This document shows, piece after piece, positions 27,050 to 36,628 of a DNA stretch of 64,000 nt (its first letter is position 1; the number at the start of each line of letters is the position of its first letter). A model generated the notes under the pieces. It was given only the letters and a program-made list of their open reading frames with translations. It had not been told where the DNA came from and ran no database searches. Location of the stretch: positions 11,525 through 75,524 of the forward strand of contig SORU01000004.1 in NCBI GenBank assembly GCA_004402915.1, in the 5' to 3' direction. Position numbers and translations under genes: made by a program. This stretch comes from Fidelibacterota bacterium MT.SAG.2. Lineage in GTDB: Bacteria; Fidelibacterota; SORT01.

Positions 27050-28057
27050 ATGAGAGTCAGCGTATTAGGAGCAGGAAGCTGGGGCACGACATTAGCAGTC
27101 CATCTTTGCAACAATGGTCACGATGTTACATTATGGGAAATAAATAACAACCAAGTAATCGAGCTTAAAAATGACAGGGAAAATAAGCTATTTCTACCCG
27201 GAATTATGCTCCCTGAAGGTTTAAATGTAATAAATGATATATCGCTTACGGTTGCTGATAGTGAATTGATGGTATTTGCAGTTCCTTCACACTTCATGCG
27301 TGAAACCGCAATAAAAATCAATAAATATTGGAGCGATGCGCAGAATCTCACAGTAGTTTCTGTCTCTAAGGGTCTTGAACTCAAAACTCACAAGAGAATC
27401 AGTCAAGTTCTTCTTGAAGAACTGACCGATCTATCTGAAAATAATTTCTGTGCTCTTTCGGGTCCAAGCCATGCCGAAGAAGTCAGCAGGGGAGTGCCGA
27501 CCGCATTAGTTGCAGCTTCGCACTCACCTGCCACAGCAAAATTGGTTCAGGATCTGTTTTTCTCCTCTAAATTGAGAGTGTATGTGGGCGATGATGTGAT
27601 AGGAAACGAATTAGGCGGGTCGCTTAAAAATACAATTGCCATTGCAGCGGGCATCGTTGACGGAGCAGATTTCGGTGATAATACGAAAGCGGCATTGATG
27701 ACCCGAGCTTTAGTCGAGATGTCGAGGATGGGAGTGGCTTTAGGAGCAAAGATTGAAACATTTCAAGGATTGGCAGGAATGGGCGATATGATCGTCACTT
27801 GTTTAAGCAGACATTCCCGCAACAGACACGTCGGAGAAGAGATCGGAAAAGGGAAATCGTTAGAGGAAGTACTTAACGAAATGACGATGGTGGCTGAAGG
27901 AGTGAACACCACTAAGGCAATACGAGAATTGTCGGAAGAACTGAATATTGAGATGCCGATCTCCGACCAAGTCTACAAGGTTCTCTTTGAAAATAAAAGT
28001 CCCAGAACGGCAGTGGAGGACCTTATGATGAGGGATCCAAAATCTGAGAAATCTTAA
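27050..28057 (+). CDS. gpsA: NAD(P)H-dependent glycerol-3-phosphate dehydrogenase
   Basis: VLGAGSWGTTLA Rossmann motif, GPSHAEEV and LKNTIAIAAGI. Confidence 0.92.
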   Translation: MRVSVLGAGSWGTTLAVHLCNNGHDVTLWEINNNQVIELKNDRENKLFLPGIMLPEGLNVINDISLTVADSELMVFAVPSHFMRETAIKINKYWSDAQNLTVVSVSKGLELKTHKRISQVLLEELTDLSENNFCALSGPSHAEEVSRGVPTALVAASHSPATAKLVQDLFFSSKLRVYVGDDVIGNELGGSLKNTIAIAAGIVDGADFGDNTKAALMTRALVEMSRMGVALGAKIETFQGLAGMGDMIVTCLSRHSRNRHVGEEIGKGKSLEEVLNEMTMVAEGVNTTKAIRELSEELNIEMPISDQVYKVLFENKSPRTAVEDLMMRDPKSEKS

Positions 28058-28101
28058 AGATTTTTCCTGATTGTGCTTTACTCAAAAATAGATAGTCTAA
28101 T

Positions 28102-30282
28102 ATGAATTATTTTTCTCGATTACCATTATTTGTCTCTCTTATACTGACTCAAATAATTCAGTTCCCTGATCTGTTACTTGGTCAAGGGCTTGAAATAGTT
28201 CACATAGAAGGGGTTTGCGCCGTTCCGAACTTACCCAAAGGTTTTGAGCGATTTAATTACAATGAGATGACCTTAGAAGGAAGAGAGAGAGGGTTGCGGA
28301 AAATCGGTGAAATAAAAACCTTCTTTACGCGGAAAAATGTTTTGGAAGAATCGGGATTCGTCTCGTTAGAAGCGGAATTGGTGGCTGTATCAGACCTCGT
28401 CGAGATTTGGGTAGATATAACCGAGTGGAATATACGTGTAGATCAAGACGATGCAGACCAATTAGTAATAGCGTTTGAATTAGAAACACCGAGTGGCTCA
28501 ATTGATCCTTCAAAAGGGATACTGGCGCTTGAAATAGAGTATTTCGGTTTGCCGCCGGATGTAGACGGTAACGGTAAAGTAATTTTACTGATATTGGATA
28601 TTAACGACAACTATGATGAGGAGACCAATCCATCTTTCGTATCCGGCTATTTCGACCAGGCTGATCAAGTGTCTGATACGCATCCTCAGACATCAGGAAA
28701 CGTGGCAGATATTCTTTACCTGGATTCTAATCCGGGGAATAAGAGAAGAGACGAAGTATTATCCACAGCGTCTCACGAGCTGCAGCATCTTATCAACTAT
28801 AATTATGACAGGAACGAAGATTCTTGGTTGAATGAGGGACTTTCTGAATATGCCTCCAAACTCGCCGGATATCAGGGCAGGGGATTTGGTAAATTCCTTT
28901 CGCAAACCAATCGCGGTCTGACTGTTTGGGATAATCTGCTGCAGGATTATGCAAGAACAGGATTATGGATGACATATACGTCATTAAGGTTAGGTTTGGA
29001 TGCCATAAAACAACTGGTTCAAGACGATGCTCATGGGGTAGGATCTGCCGAAAATGTTATAAAATCTTTTTCCCCCGGAACCTCTTTTCCCGAATTCGTT
29101 TATGAGTGGACTATAGCGAATCTTTTGAATGACAGCGCTTATGGATATAAAGGAATTGAGCTCCCTTCGATCATTCCGCAAAATCAGTATTTTCAACTTC
29201 CGATAAACGGAGTGCCGGGATCTGTTCACTCTTATGCTTCCTCATATCATGAGTTCAGCGGTGGAACAGAATTAGAAATATTTATGGATTTTTTCGGCAG
29301 ACAGGATGTAAAGGCGACAATTTTTACATTTTCTGCCGCTACTACGGTAGCACCTGTTGTTCTCGATGCGAACGGCGCTGCAAACATAGAATTACCCGGT
29401 TTCGGAAATGAATTCAGCAGGGCAATTCTTATGATTTCATATATGGATGACGCTCTTGACTCCGTCAGTTATTTTTATTCGGCATCCGGAATAGGAGGAT
29501 ATGAGGTAGTTGAATTGTCTAATGATGATGGAGAAACAGATTTTTTTATAAAATCATTCGATACACCGTCTGTTTCAGTTGCTTCATTATTCAATTCTAT
29601 CAACACTCCATCATCAATTTTGTCCGTTAAGGTTTTTATGGGCAGTAATGATCCGATTTCAATTCAAATACGGGATAACGGCATAAATTCTAATTTCATA
29701 TTTGAAAAAAGAAACATTACACCTGCGATCAACGGCTGGACAGAGATAAATTTAGAATCTTCCGAGATAGTTGTCTCCGCTCCAACTGCTGTATCAATAA
29801 CGGTTGCCGATTCAATTATAATCGGTTATGATGAAGATAGTAATGGAATAGGCAACGCTTTCATTAAAACCAATAATTCATTTATAGCGTTGTCCAATTT
29901 AACGTTCAATAACGGTCAATCAATTGACGGTACCTGGATGATCAGGCTTCTTTTAAGGCAGGATATTGAAATTGATACTACTTCGAATTCAGAAACTGCA
30001 ATTCGAGGAGATGACTGGATTGAATTTGAATATTCAGATGGAGTTGTAACTATTCCTTATACTGTAGCTACTGAGGGCGAGGTAAGCTTATATCTGTATG
30101 ACATACTGGGTAGAACGGTTCAATCATGGAGAGAAGAAGGTCAAAAATCTCCCGGTAGGCAGCATCAGGTATTTTGGAACGGCAAAAACGCATTCGGACA
30201 TACTGCCTCTTCTGGAATTTATTTTATCCGTTTGATGACGCAAGACGACTCAGCCGTAAAGAAATTGAGATTCATAAAATAA
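28102..30282 (+). CDS. secreted zinc metallopeptidase-like protein (HExxH; M30/hyicolysin-like, unverified) with T9SS C-terminal sorting domain
   Basis: Signal peptide. ASHELQHLINYNY...NEGLSEY (HExxH plus a downstream Glu). C-terminal SGIYFIRLMTQDDSAVKKLRFIK. Confidence 0.6.
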   Translation: MNYFSRLPLFVSLILTQIIQFPDLLLGQGLEIVHIEGVCAVPNLPKGFERFNYNEMTLEGRERGLRKIGEIKTFFTRKNVLEESGFVSLEAELVAVSDLVEIWVDITEWNIRVDQDDADQLVIAFELETPSGSIDPSKGILALEIEYFGLPPDVDGNGKVILLILDINDNYDEETNPSFVSGYFDQADQVSDTHPQTSGNVADILYLDSNPGNKRRDEVLSTASHELQHLINYNYDRNEDSWLNEGLSEYASKLAGYQGRGFGKFLSQTNRGLTVWDNLLQDYARTGLWMTYTSLRLGLDAIKQLVQDDAHGVGSAENVIKSFSPGTSFPEFVYEWTIANLLNDSAYGYKGIELPSIIPQNQYFQLPINGVPGSVHSYASSYHEFSGGTELEIFMDFFGRQDVKATIFTFSAATTVAPVVLDANGAANIELPGFGNEFSRAILMISYMDDALDSVSYFYSASGIGGYEVVELSNDDGETDFFIKSFDTPSVSVASLFNSINTPSSILSVKVFMGSNDPISIQIRDNGINSNFIFEKRNITPAINGWTEINLESSEIVVSAPTAVSITVADSIIIGYDEDSNGIGNAFIKTNNSFIALSNLTFNNGQSIDGTWMIRLLLRQDIEIDTTSNSETAIRGDDWIEFEYSDGVVTIPYTVATEGEVSLYLYDILGRTVQSWREEGQKSPGRQHQVFWNGKNAFGHTASSGIYFIRLMTQDDSAVKKLRFIK

Positions 30283-30406
30283 ATACTCCGGTATCAAGAC
30301 CAATATGAACGAAAAAATGTCCTTGATTTAATCAGCAATTATTAAGAAGTTAGGCTATTATTATTTCGGTGTTAATAAAATTTTCATTACAGGAATGGAG
30401 GTAGGT

Positions 30407-31096
30407 ATGGTCACAAACGGCCAGAAATTTTCGGCGGAATTCATCGGCACATTCTTCCTTGTCTTTATGGGTACGGGAGCGATAGCTGCAGATGTATTCA
30501 GTGGAGGAGCTGTTGGATTGATAGGAGTCGCGCTTGCCTTCGGTCTTACAATAGCCTTAATGGTGGGCGTCACGGCCCGGATTTCGGGTGGGCATATCAA
30601 TCCTGCCGTCACTTTCGGCATGTTGATCACAGGTAATATAAAACCCAAAGAAGCCGGTCTTTATTTGGCTGCTCAGCTACTCGGCGCGACTGCCGCTTCG
30701 TTTCTTTTAAGTCTGTTAAATCCAAATCATAATCTCACGGCTGGAAATATGGGTGTAACTCTTCCGGCAGAAGGAGTGGGATTAGCCTCCTTGATGGGAA
30801 TCGAGATATTGCTCACATTTTTATTGGTATTTGTAATATTTTCGGTGGCGGTTGACACTAAATCCCCTTTTAAAAGTATTGCGAATTTCATGATAGGTTT
30901 GACGGTAACCGTATGCGCTTTGATGGGAGGTACGATAACCGGAGCGTCAATGAATCCTGCAAGGAGTTTCGGACCGGCATTAATGACGGGAGAATGGACT
31001 TTACAGTGGGTTTATTGGGTTGCCCCGTTGATCGGCGGCGGTCTTGCGGCTGTTGTCTACAGTAAAGTATTTTTATCCGAGGCAGATAACGGATAA
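30407..31096 (+). CDS. aqpZ: aquaporin / MIP-family channel
   Basis: Two NPA boxes (HINPAVT, MNPARS). AEFIGTFFLVF N-terminus. Start moved to the ATG 5 nt after GGAGG. Confidence 0.9.
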   Translation: MVTNGQKFSAEFIGTFFLVFMGTGAIAADVFSGGAVGLIGVALAFGLTIALMVGVTARISGGHINPAVTFGMLITGNIKPKEAGLYLAAQLLGATAASFLLSLLNPNHNLTAGNMGVTLPAEGVGLASLMGIEILLTFLLVFVIFSVAVDTKSPFKSIANFMIGLTVTVCALMGGTITGASMNPARSFGPALMTGEWTLQWVYWVAPLIGGGLAAVVYSKVFLSEADNG

Positions 31097-31142
31097 TCAG
31101 GAATAGAAATAGAAATCAAATAAACAGTAGAAAGGGTTCAAA

Positions 31143-31736
31143 ATGGCTCACACATTACCTGAATTAACATACGCATATGATGCTTTAGAGCCTCATATCG
31201 ATGAACAAACAATGAAATTGCATCATGATATCCATCACAACGGATATGTTGTAGGATTGAACAATGCAGAAGATAAATTAGCGGAATCACGCGAGAGCGG
31301 CGATTATTCCTTAACCAAACATTGGGAAAGAGAATCAGCGTTCCACGGAGCAGGTCATCTCTTGCACTCGATCTTCTGGACAAATATGGGTCCCGATGGC
31401 GGTGGAGAACCGGGAGGGGCTCTCGCCGAGGCTATGAACAGTGATTTTGGCGGATTCGATAAGTTCAAAGCGCAGTTCACAGCCGCCTCGAATCAGGTTG
31501 AAGGATCAGGATGGGGTATACTTGCCTACAGACCGAGCGATAATAAGCTTATTATCTTGCAGGCGGAAAAGCATCAAAACCTGTCACAATGGGACGTGGT
31601 GCCGCTGCTTGTTTTGGATGTATGGGAGCATGCGTACTATCTCAAATATCAAAATAAACGTCCTGCGTACACCGATGCGTTCTTTAACGTGATTAACTGG
31701 ACCAACATAGAGGAGAGGTATAATAACGCCAAATAA
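31143..31736 (+). CDS. Fe/Mn superoxide dismutase
   Basis: LPELTYAYDALEPHID, HH.KHH-like HHDIHHNGYV and DVWEHAYYLKYQN. Confidence 0.93.
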   Translation: MAHTLPELTYAYDALEPHIDEQTMKLHHDIHHNGYVVGLNNAEDKLAESRESGDYSLTKHWERESAFHGAGHLLHSIFWTNMGPDGGGEPGGALAEAMNSDFGGFDKFKAQFTAASNQVEGSGWGILAYRPSDNKLIILQAEKHQNLSQWDVVPLLVLDVWEHAYYLKYQNKRPAYTDAFFNVINWTNIEERYNNAK

Positions 31737-31759
31737 CTTCCTTAAATAAAACCTGAATT

Positions 31760-31805
31760 AAGCCCCTGATGATGGTCTTCCAAATCAGGGGCTTAATTTT
31801 TTTTG
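31760..31805 (+). terminator. rho-independent terminator after sod
   Basis: AAGCCCCTGAT-N13-ATCAGGGGCTT hairpin followed by AATTTTTTTT. Confidence 0.8.
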
Positions 31806-31868
31806 TATTATACTGTTAATCAGTCTATTACATTTAAACAGTAAATATTTTCGGACTGAAAGATTAGC

Positions 31869-32366
31869 ATGGATTTAAACCATAATAATATATTAAATGC
31901 AACAGATAATCTCAAAGCGGTTCTATTTGTAATGTTGCTGTTTGTTATAGGATGCGGACCGTTTGCTCGTTTGGATATCAACGGGAAAGAGAAAGATTCC
32001 CCTCAGCCGAAACTTGAAAAAGAATATCACAGATCACTCTTTTGGGGTGGATCCGGAGGTATTTATGTGTCGATAAATAAAGGCAGCTCATCAATCGGAA
32101 GACAGACATACGCCAAAGTGATGGTGATGAATCATAGCGGGGATAATTTACTGTTGGATCCCAGAAATGACCGATATTGGTTTGAAAGATATGGAACGAA
32201 ATATTCCTTGTACCGCAGACCCGGAGGGAGATATCCTGATAAGATCTCGGACAACAGAAATATCGAGTTTGATCTGTTGGGTATAGACTCGTTTACTGCA
32301 GTTGACAGCATTAATATAATGTTTTTCATGATGGATAGTCTCGAAATAAATTCACGTTTAAAGTAG
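31869..32366 (+). CDS. hypothetical lipoprotein
   Basis: Lipobox-like FVIGCG. No family recognised and the RBS is weak. Confidence 0.4.
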   Translation: MDLNHNNILNATDNLKAVLFVMLLFVIGCGPFARLDINGKEKDSPQPKLEKEYHRSLFWGGSGGIYVSINKGSSSIGRQTYAKVMVMNHSGDNLLLDPRNDRYWFERYGTKYSLYRRPGGRYPDKISDNRNIEFDLLGIDSFTAVDSINIMFFMMDSLEINSRLK

Positions 32367-32382
32367 TAGTGCATAGTGTCTT

Positions 32383-33288
32383 ATGATAGTGAAATCGAAT
32401 AATCAACTACAAGAAAGTGTTATTGAGGTTAAAAGATTAACCTATCTTGGAATGATCATTAATGTTTTTCTGATGATCATAAAATTCGGCGGTGGAATAT
32501 TTTTTGGTTCTATAAGTCTAATAGCAGATGCTTTTCATACGTTTTCCGATTTTTCCACTGATATACTGATTCTCTGGGGCGTAATTATAGGTTCGAGACC
32601 GGCTGATTCGAGCCATCCGTTCGGCCATGGTAAATTTGAGACTCTTTCGGGAACACTACTCTCCATAATATTGATTGTGGTAGGAACAGGGATCGCAGTT
32701 GAATCGGGGAGGATGGTCATGTCCGCAAAATTCATGGCTCCTGGATTACCAGTATTATTTGTTGCATTCATTTCTGTGGTCACAAAGGAATTTCTATATC
32801 AACAGACAATAAAATCTGCGAAACAATTGGATAGTATGGCGCTTTATGCCAATGCTTGGCATCACAGAAGCGATGCACTATCATCAATTGTTGTAATAGT
32901 TGGAGTGAGTTCTTCCATGCTGGGTTTTCTCCCGGGTGACAGCATTGCAGGATTATTTGTAGGTCTAATGATAGTGATAATCGGAATCAAGTTTCTGATA
33001 AAAGCCGGGAAAGAACTAATGGAAGGCTCTGTCGAAGAAGATGTGCTGCAATCTATTAAAATGATATTGGATGAACATCCCGACGTAAAAAGTTGGCACA
33101 AATTACGTACAAGAAAAGTAGGTCGCGAATTAATTGTAGATGTTCATATATTGGTAAAACCTGAATTAAGTGTAAAGAAAGGACATCAGATCGCAGAGGA
33201 GGTAGAATCGACTGTCAAAAATGCTTTCAAAAAACCTGTAAATGTACTGACACACGTTGAACCCGATTTGCCTTTCGCAAGACAATAA
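32383..33288 (+). CDS. cation diffusion facilitator (CDF) metal efflux transporter
   Basis: Six TM helices. SLIADAFHTFSD and AWHHRSDALSS metal-site motifs. C-terminal cytoplasmic domain. Confidence 0.85.
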   Translation: MIVKSNNQLQESVIEVKRLTYLGMIINVFLMIIKFGGGIFFGSISLIADAFHTFSDFSTDILILWGVIIGSRPADSSHPFGHGKFETLSGTLLSIILIVVGTGIAVESGRMVMSAKFMAPGLPVLFVAFISVVTKEFLYQQTIKSAKQLDSMALYANAWHHRSDALSSIVVIVGVSSSMLGFLPGDSIAGLFVGLMIVIIGIKFLIKAGKELMEGSVEEDVLQSIKMILDEHPDVKSWHKLRTRKVGRELIVDVHILVKPELSVKKGHQIAEEVESTVKNAFKKPVNVLTHVEPDLPFARQ

Positions 33289-33433
33289 ATTGAGAGCAAT
33301 CTAAAAAACCTGAAGATTCTTAATTTAGACTCAGCTTGCCATTTCGATACTGTTAAATTAAGTTATTGGAGATTTTACAATTAAAAAAATTAATTTATTG
33401 GCGCTATATTTTAATACAAAGAGGGGTATAAAT

Positions 33434-35512
33434 ATGCTATCAAATAGAACCACCTCTATTTTGTTCTCATTGCTATTATCAGTAGCTCTTGCCGGGAATG
33501 GAATAGCTCAAAATGTAGATCAAGCAGCCTTAGCCTTGAAAAAAAGAGGAGAGGTCTTCAGAAAACCTGCCGGGTTTAATACAACCGACGAGCAGGTGGA
33601 AGTTGGCTCTTGGTTCAGTGATTTTGATTCTGTAAGGACAGAAGCAGCAAGTTTCTTGGCTATATTATTCACCGATGACAAAAGTATATTGAAAATGAAA
33701 GAAAATACACGGTTAACCATACAGGGTAACACGACTCCGTCTCAAAAGATTCGACAAATTCGAATAAATAGAGGTTCGATTAAAACTAAGATCAGTCCGC
33801 AAATAGATGGGAAGTACGAGATTATTTCTCCGGTGAGTGTAGCATCAGTAAAGGGAACAGAATTTTGGGTTACTGTAGATCCAAGCGGTACAGATACATT
33901 CATAGGGTTGGAAGGTACCGTCGAAATACTGAACATTGAAAGTGGTCAAACCATGCTGCTATCGGCAGGTATGACGATCACTTCAAGTTGGACTGGAACG
34001 ATGAATATCAATCCTACCGACCCTGCGACCATCCCTTCCGATCCTGACACAGAGCAGCAACAGCAACAAGGAGGTCAACAGCAGGGTGGAGATTCACCTC
34101 AGGATGATCAATCTACTCCAACAGACCAAGCACCCGCTCAGCAATCGCCGACTCAAACACCATCTCAATCTGAGCCACAGAGTGGGGGAGGCTCTAAACT
34201 TCCGGGTGGCATAGGAATGTCTGCAAGCGTTGGTGCAGCAGTGTTAGATGGTCAGGTTTACAATCAAATAAGCCTGAGACCGGATATCCCTATAGGTCCA
34301 TTTGGAATTGGTTTAGACTTAAACTTTTATTTCGACGCTGACGGTAATCTTCGCGAAGAAGATTGGGACGAACCTTTAGACGCAATCGACAAAATATTTT
34401 ATCTACGATACAATAATCCTGAAGACCCATTCTATATTCGCGCTGGTGGATTACTTGGAATCACTATGGGACAGGGACTTATAATGGATAATTATAGTAA
34501 TACTATAGAGTATCCGCAAGTCAGGCGAGTTGGCGTATTTGGACATAAAGAGTTCGGGAAATTCCGACTTCAAGGACTTGTAGCGAATTTACGGGAACTC
34601 TCAAATCCAGGTTTGATAGGTATACGGGGAACCTATAATGTAATTGGTAAGTTAAAGATCGGCGCAACAGCAATATATGATGGCGATCAATTCGCAGGAC
34701 TCCCGGATCGAGATGGTGATCATGTCCCCGATGCGGTAGATGATTTTCCTGATAATGCGGAGTGGTCGGTTGACACAGATGGAGACGGTGTTGCTGATAA
34801 AGTGGATCCGGATCGAAATGGTAACGGTTACACGGATAATACCCAAGATTCCACCATTTCCAATAATGATATATTTCCTCTTGATCTTAAAAATGCTCTG
34901 AGTTTGGAGGATACTTCAAATTCTTCAGCAATATACGGAGCTGATATAGAGTATCCTGTATTCAGTAACGATCTGATCGCCATAACAGCATACGGAGAAT
35001 TTGCCAAAATTCAGGATTTCGGTTCCGGTTTTGCTCTTCCCGGAGTACGGGCGACTATCGGACCAGTGTTCCTAAAATTAGAGTATCGTCAATATACTAA
35101 AGAATTCTTAGGAAATTACTATGACAGAACATACGACATAGAGAGAGTGCACCTGACTTGGAACGATTCGAGCAATAGCGTAAATATTGAAACAAGGGAG
35201 GATCTACTTCTTAAACCGGTAACAGAACCGCTTTCCGGCGTATTCGGTGGAGCCGCAATTGATCTTCTTGATATGTTCACTCTTTCTGCTTCTTACTCCA
35301 GAATGAAGAGCACAGGCGATGGTACGCTGACCTTTGAGAGTCTATATGGTGATCTATCAATAAATCCCGTCTTTATTCCAAAGGTAAACAAAGCTTCACT
35401 CTTCTATCAGCAAACGAATAATTTAAATAGTGTATTCGATTTTGAGAAAACTTCAAGCACCTTATTCGGTTATTTGATAGGATACGAAATTGCGCCGAGC
35501 GTCACTCTATAA
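33434..35512 (+). CDS. FecR-domain / thrombospondin type-3 repeat outer-membrane protein, apparently truncated by an in-frame TAA
   Basis: Start at the ATG after AGAGGGG. Signal peptide. FecR-like SVASVKGTEFWV. Q/P-rich linker. TSP3 Ca-binding repeats DRDGDHVPDAVDDFPD..DTDGDGVADKVDPDRNGNGYTD. Beta-strand-rich C-terminal half. See the finding at 35510. Confidence 0.6.
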   Translation: MLSNRTTSILFSLLLSVALAGNGIAQNVDQAALALKKRGEVFRKPAGFNTTDEQVEVGSWFSDFDSVRTEAASFLAILFTDDKSILKMKENTRLTIQGNTTPSQKIRQIRINRGSIKTKISPQIDGKYEIISPVSVASVKGTEFWVTVDPSGTDTFIGLEGTVEILNIESGQTMLLSAGMTITSSWTGTMNINPTDPATIPSDPDTEQQQQQGGQQQGGDSPQDDQSTPTDQAPAQQSPTQTPSQSEPQSGGGSKLPGGIGMSASVGAAVLDGQVYNQISLRPDIPIGPFGIGLDLNFYFDADGNLREEDWDEPLDAIDKIFYLRYNNPEDPFYIRAGGLLGITMGQGLIMDNYSNTIEYPQVRRVGVFGHKEFGKFRLQGLVANLRELSNPGLIGIRGTYNVIGKLKIGATAIYDGDQFAGLPDRDGDHVPDAVDDFPDNAEWSVDTDGDGVADKVDPDRNGNGYTDNTQDSTISNNDIFPLDLKNALSLEDTSNSSAIYGADIEYPVFSNDLIAITAYGEFAKIQDFGSGFALPGVRATIGPVFLKLEYRQYTKEFLGNYYDRTYDIERVHLTWNDSSNSVNIETREDLLLKPVTEPLSGVFGGAAIDLLDMFTLSASYSRMKSTGDGTLTFESLYGDLSINPVFIPKVNKASLFYQQTNNLNSVFDFEKTSSTLFGYLIGYEIAPSVTL

Positions 35513-35637
35513 ATTCGATCTCAGCAGACTTATGTCGATAGGAACGGAGATGGAGACGTGGAAGATGAGGGTGAAACAATTAAATTAACATCAATTGAAA
35601 CGGTGTTCACTTTTTAAATTAAATAAAACTTGATATT

Positions 35638-35679
35638 ATGAGGGAATGTGTTAACGCTCTGAGTTAAGCATTCCCTCAT
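35638..35679 (+). terminator. strong hairpin (11-bp perfect stem), likely terminator of the FecR/TSP3 gene
   Basis: ATGAGGGAATG-N20-CATTCCCTCAT followed by TTTGCGTT. The T-run is weak. Confidence 0.45.
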
Positions 35680-35692
35680 TTGCGTTAAAGAT

Positions 35693-36025
35693 ATGATTTA
35701 TAGTAAAATTAAAATAATGAGTATACTTTTTTTCTCGGTGTTCAACGGATGCTCATTGATTCCCAGAAATTTGGAAGAGTATGATACCAATGTAAGATCA
35801 ATAACTTACGTTAATCCGATAGGAGCAGATCTCAGAGCGCCTGACGGAGCGGATATTTATCTGTTTCGAACCATTATGCTGCATAAAGGGACTATGTTAG
35901 GCGGGGGGGTAGAATTCGCTCAAGTTATGTTTATGCGGGATTCTCAACTGTTTATTTCACTTTTGGCGCCATATATATATTATTACACCGGTTGGAATCG
36001 TGGAACCGGACGAGTTTGGACCTGA
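35693..36025 (+). CDS. hypothetical protein, possibly the 5' part of a frameshifted barrel gene
   Basis: Signal or lipoprotein-like N-terminus SILFFSVFNGCS. Its last 26 nt overlap the next ORF. Confidence 0.4.
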   Translation: MIYSKIKIMSILFFSVFNGCSLIPRNLEEYDTNVRSITYVNPIGADLRAPDGADIYLFRTIMLHKGTMLGGGVEFAQVMFMRDSQLFISLLAPYIYYYTGWNRGTGRVWT

Positions 36026-36284
36026 CGGACCGCGAGGTATCAGAACGAGGATAATGACATTTTTTTACGCAGGAGGGAGTTTCATATCGATACCGAGAAA
36101 AAAAACTCCTGAATCTCCATCGAGAACTATTTATGATTTCGGCGCGGGATTGACCTTCAAAAGACTTGAGTTCAGAGTCGGAGGTCTGTATAAGTACCGT
36201 AAATCCACAGACGTTTCAGGAATTTTCTTTTATGGAGGGGTATCATATCAATTATTCGGAGGTAAATGGAACCTCGAATGGTAA
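36000..36284 (+). CDS. hypothetical protein, possibly the 3' part of the same gene (ends ...GGKWNLEW)
   Basis: GTG start without an obvious RBS. Alternating beta-strand pattern and an aromatic C-terminus, as in outer-membrane barrels. Confidence 0.35.
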   Translation: MEPDEFGPDGPRGIRTRIMTFFYAGGSFISIPRKKTPESPSRTIYDFGAGLTFKRLEFRVGGLYKYRKSTDVSGIFFYGGVSYQLFGGKWNLEW

Positions 36285-36352
36285 TAAATATTGACAATAT
36301 TGTTGCGAGAGTATATTTTTACTTAATAACAGAAAATATTGGAGAGAGATAA

Positions 36353-36562
36353 ATGCCGACTTATGAATATACATGCGGAAATTGTGACGAAGATTTTGAT
36401 ATATTTTTTAAAACGCTCGGAAATGTAGAGCAAAAACCTTTATGCCCAAAATGTAAGTCAAAAAATACAAAACGAATGATGTCTGTTTTTGCGTCGGCAG
36501 ATGCCGGAAACACTCAAGAATTTGCCGGCTGTGGGGAAGGCTGCGGTTGCGTCAATAATTAA
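36353..36562 (+). CDS. FmdB-family zinc-ribbon protein
   Basis: MPTYEYTCGNCDEDF...CPKCKS, the canonical CxxC...CxxC N-terminus of the FmdB family. Cys-rich tail. Confidence 0.8.
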   Translation: MPTYEYTCGNCDEDFDIFFKTLGNVEQKPLCPKCKSKNTKRMMSVFASADAGNTQEFAGCGEGCGCVNN

Positions 36563-36628
36563 AAGGTTTTTCATAGCCTTCAATATACACAATAAATGTA
36601 ACTTACAAAATGACCGTATGAATAACAG

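Noticed and set aside
34050-34200. CAG/CAA-rich low-complexity DNA
   Set aside because: It is an in-frame Q/P/S-rich linker of the FecR/TSP3 protein. It is not a non-coding repeat or a spacer array.
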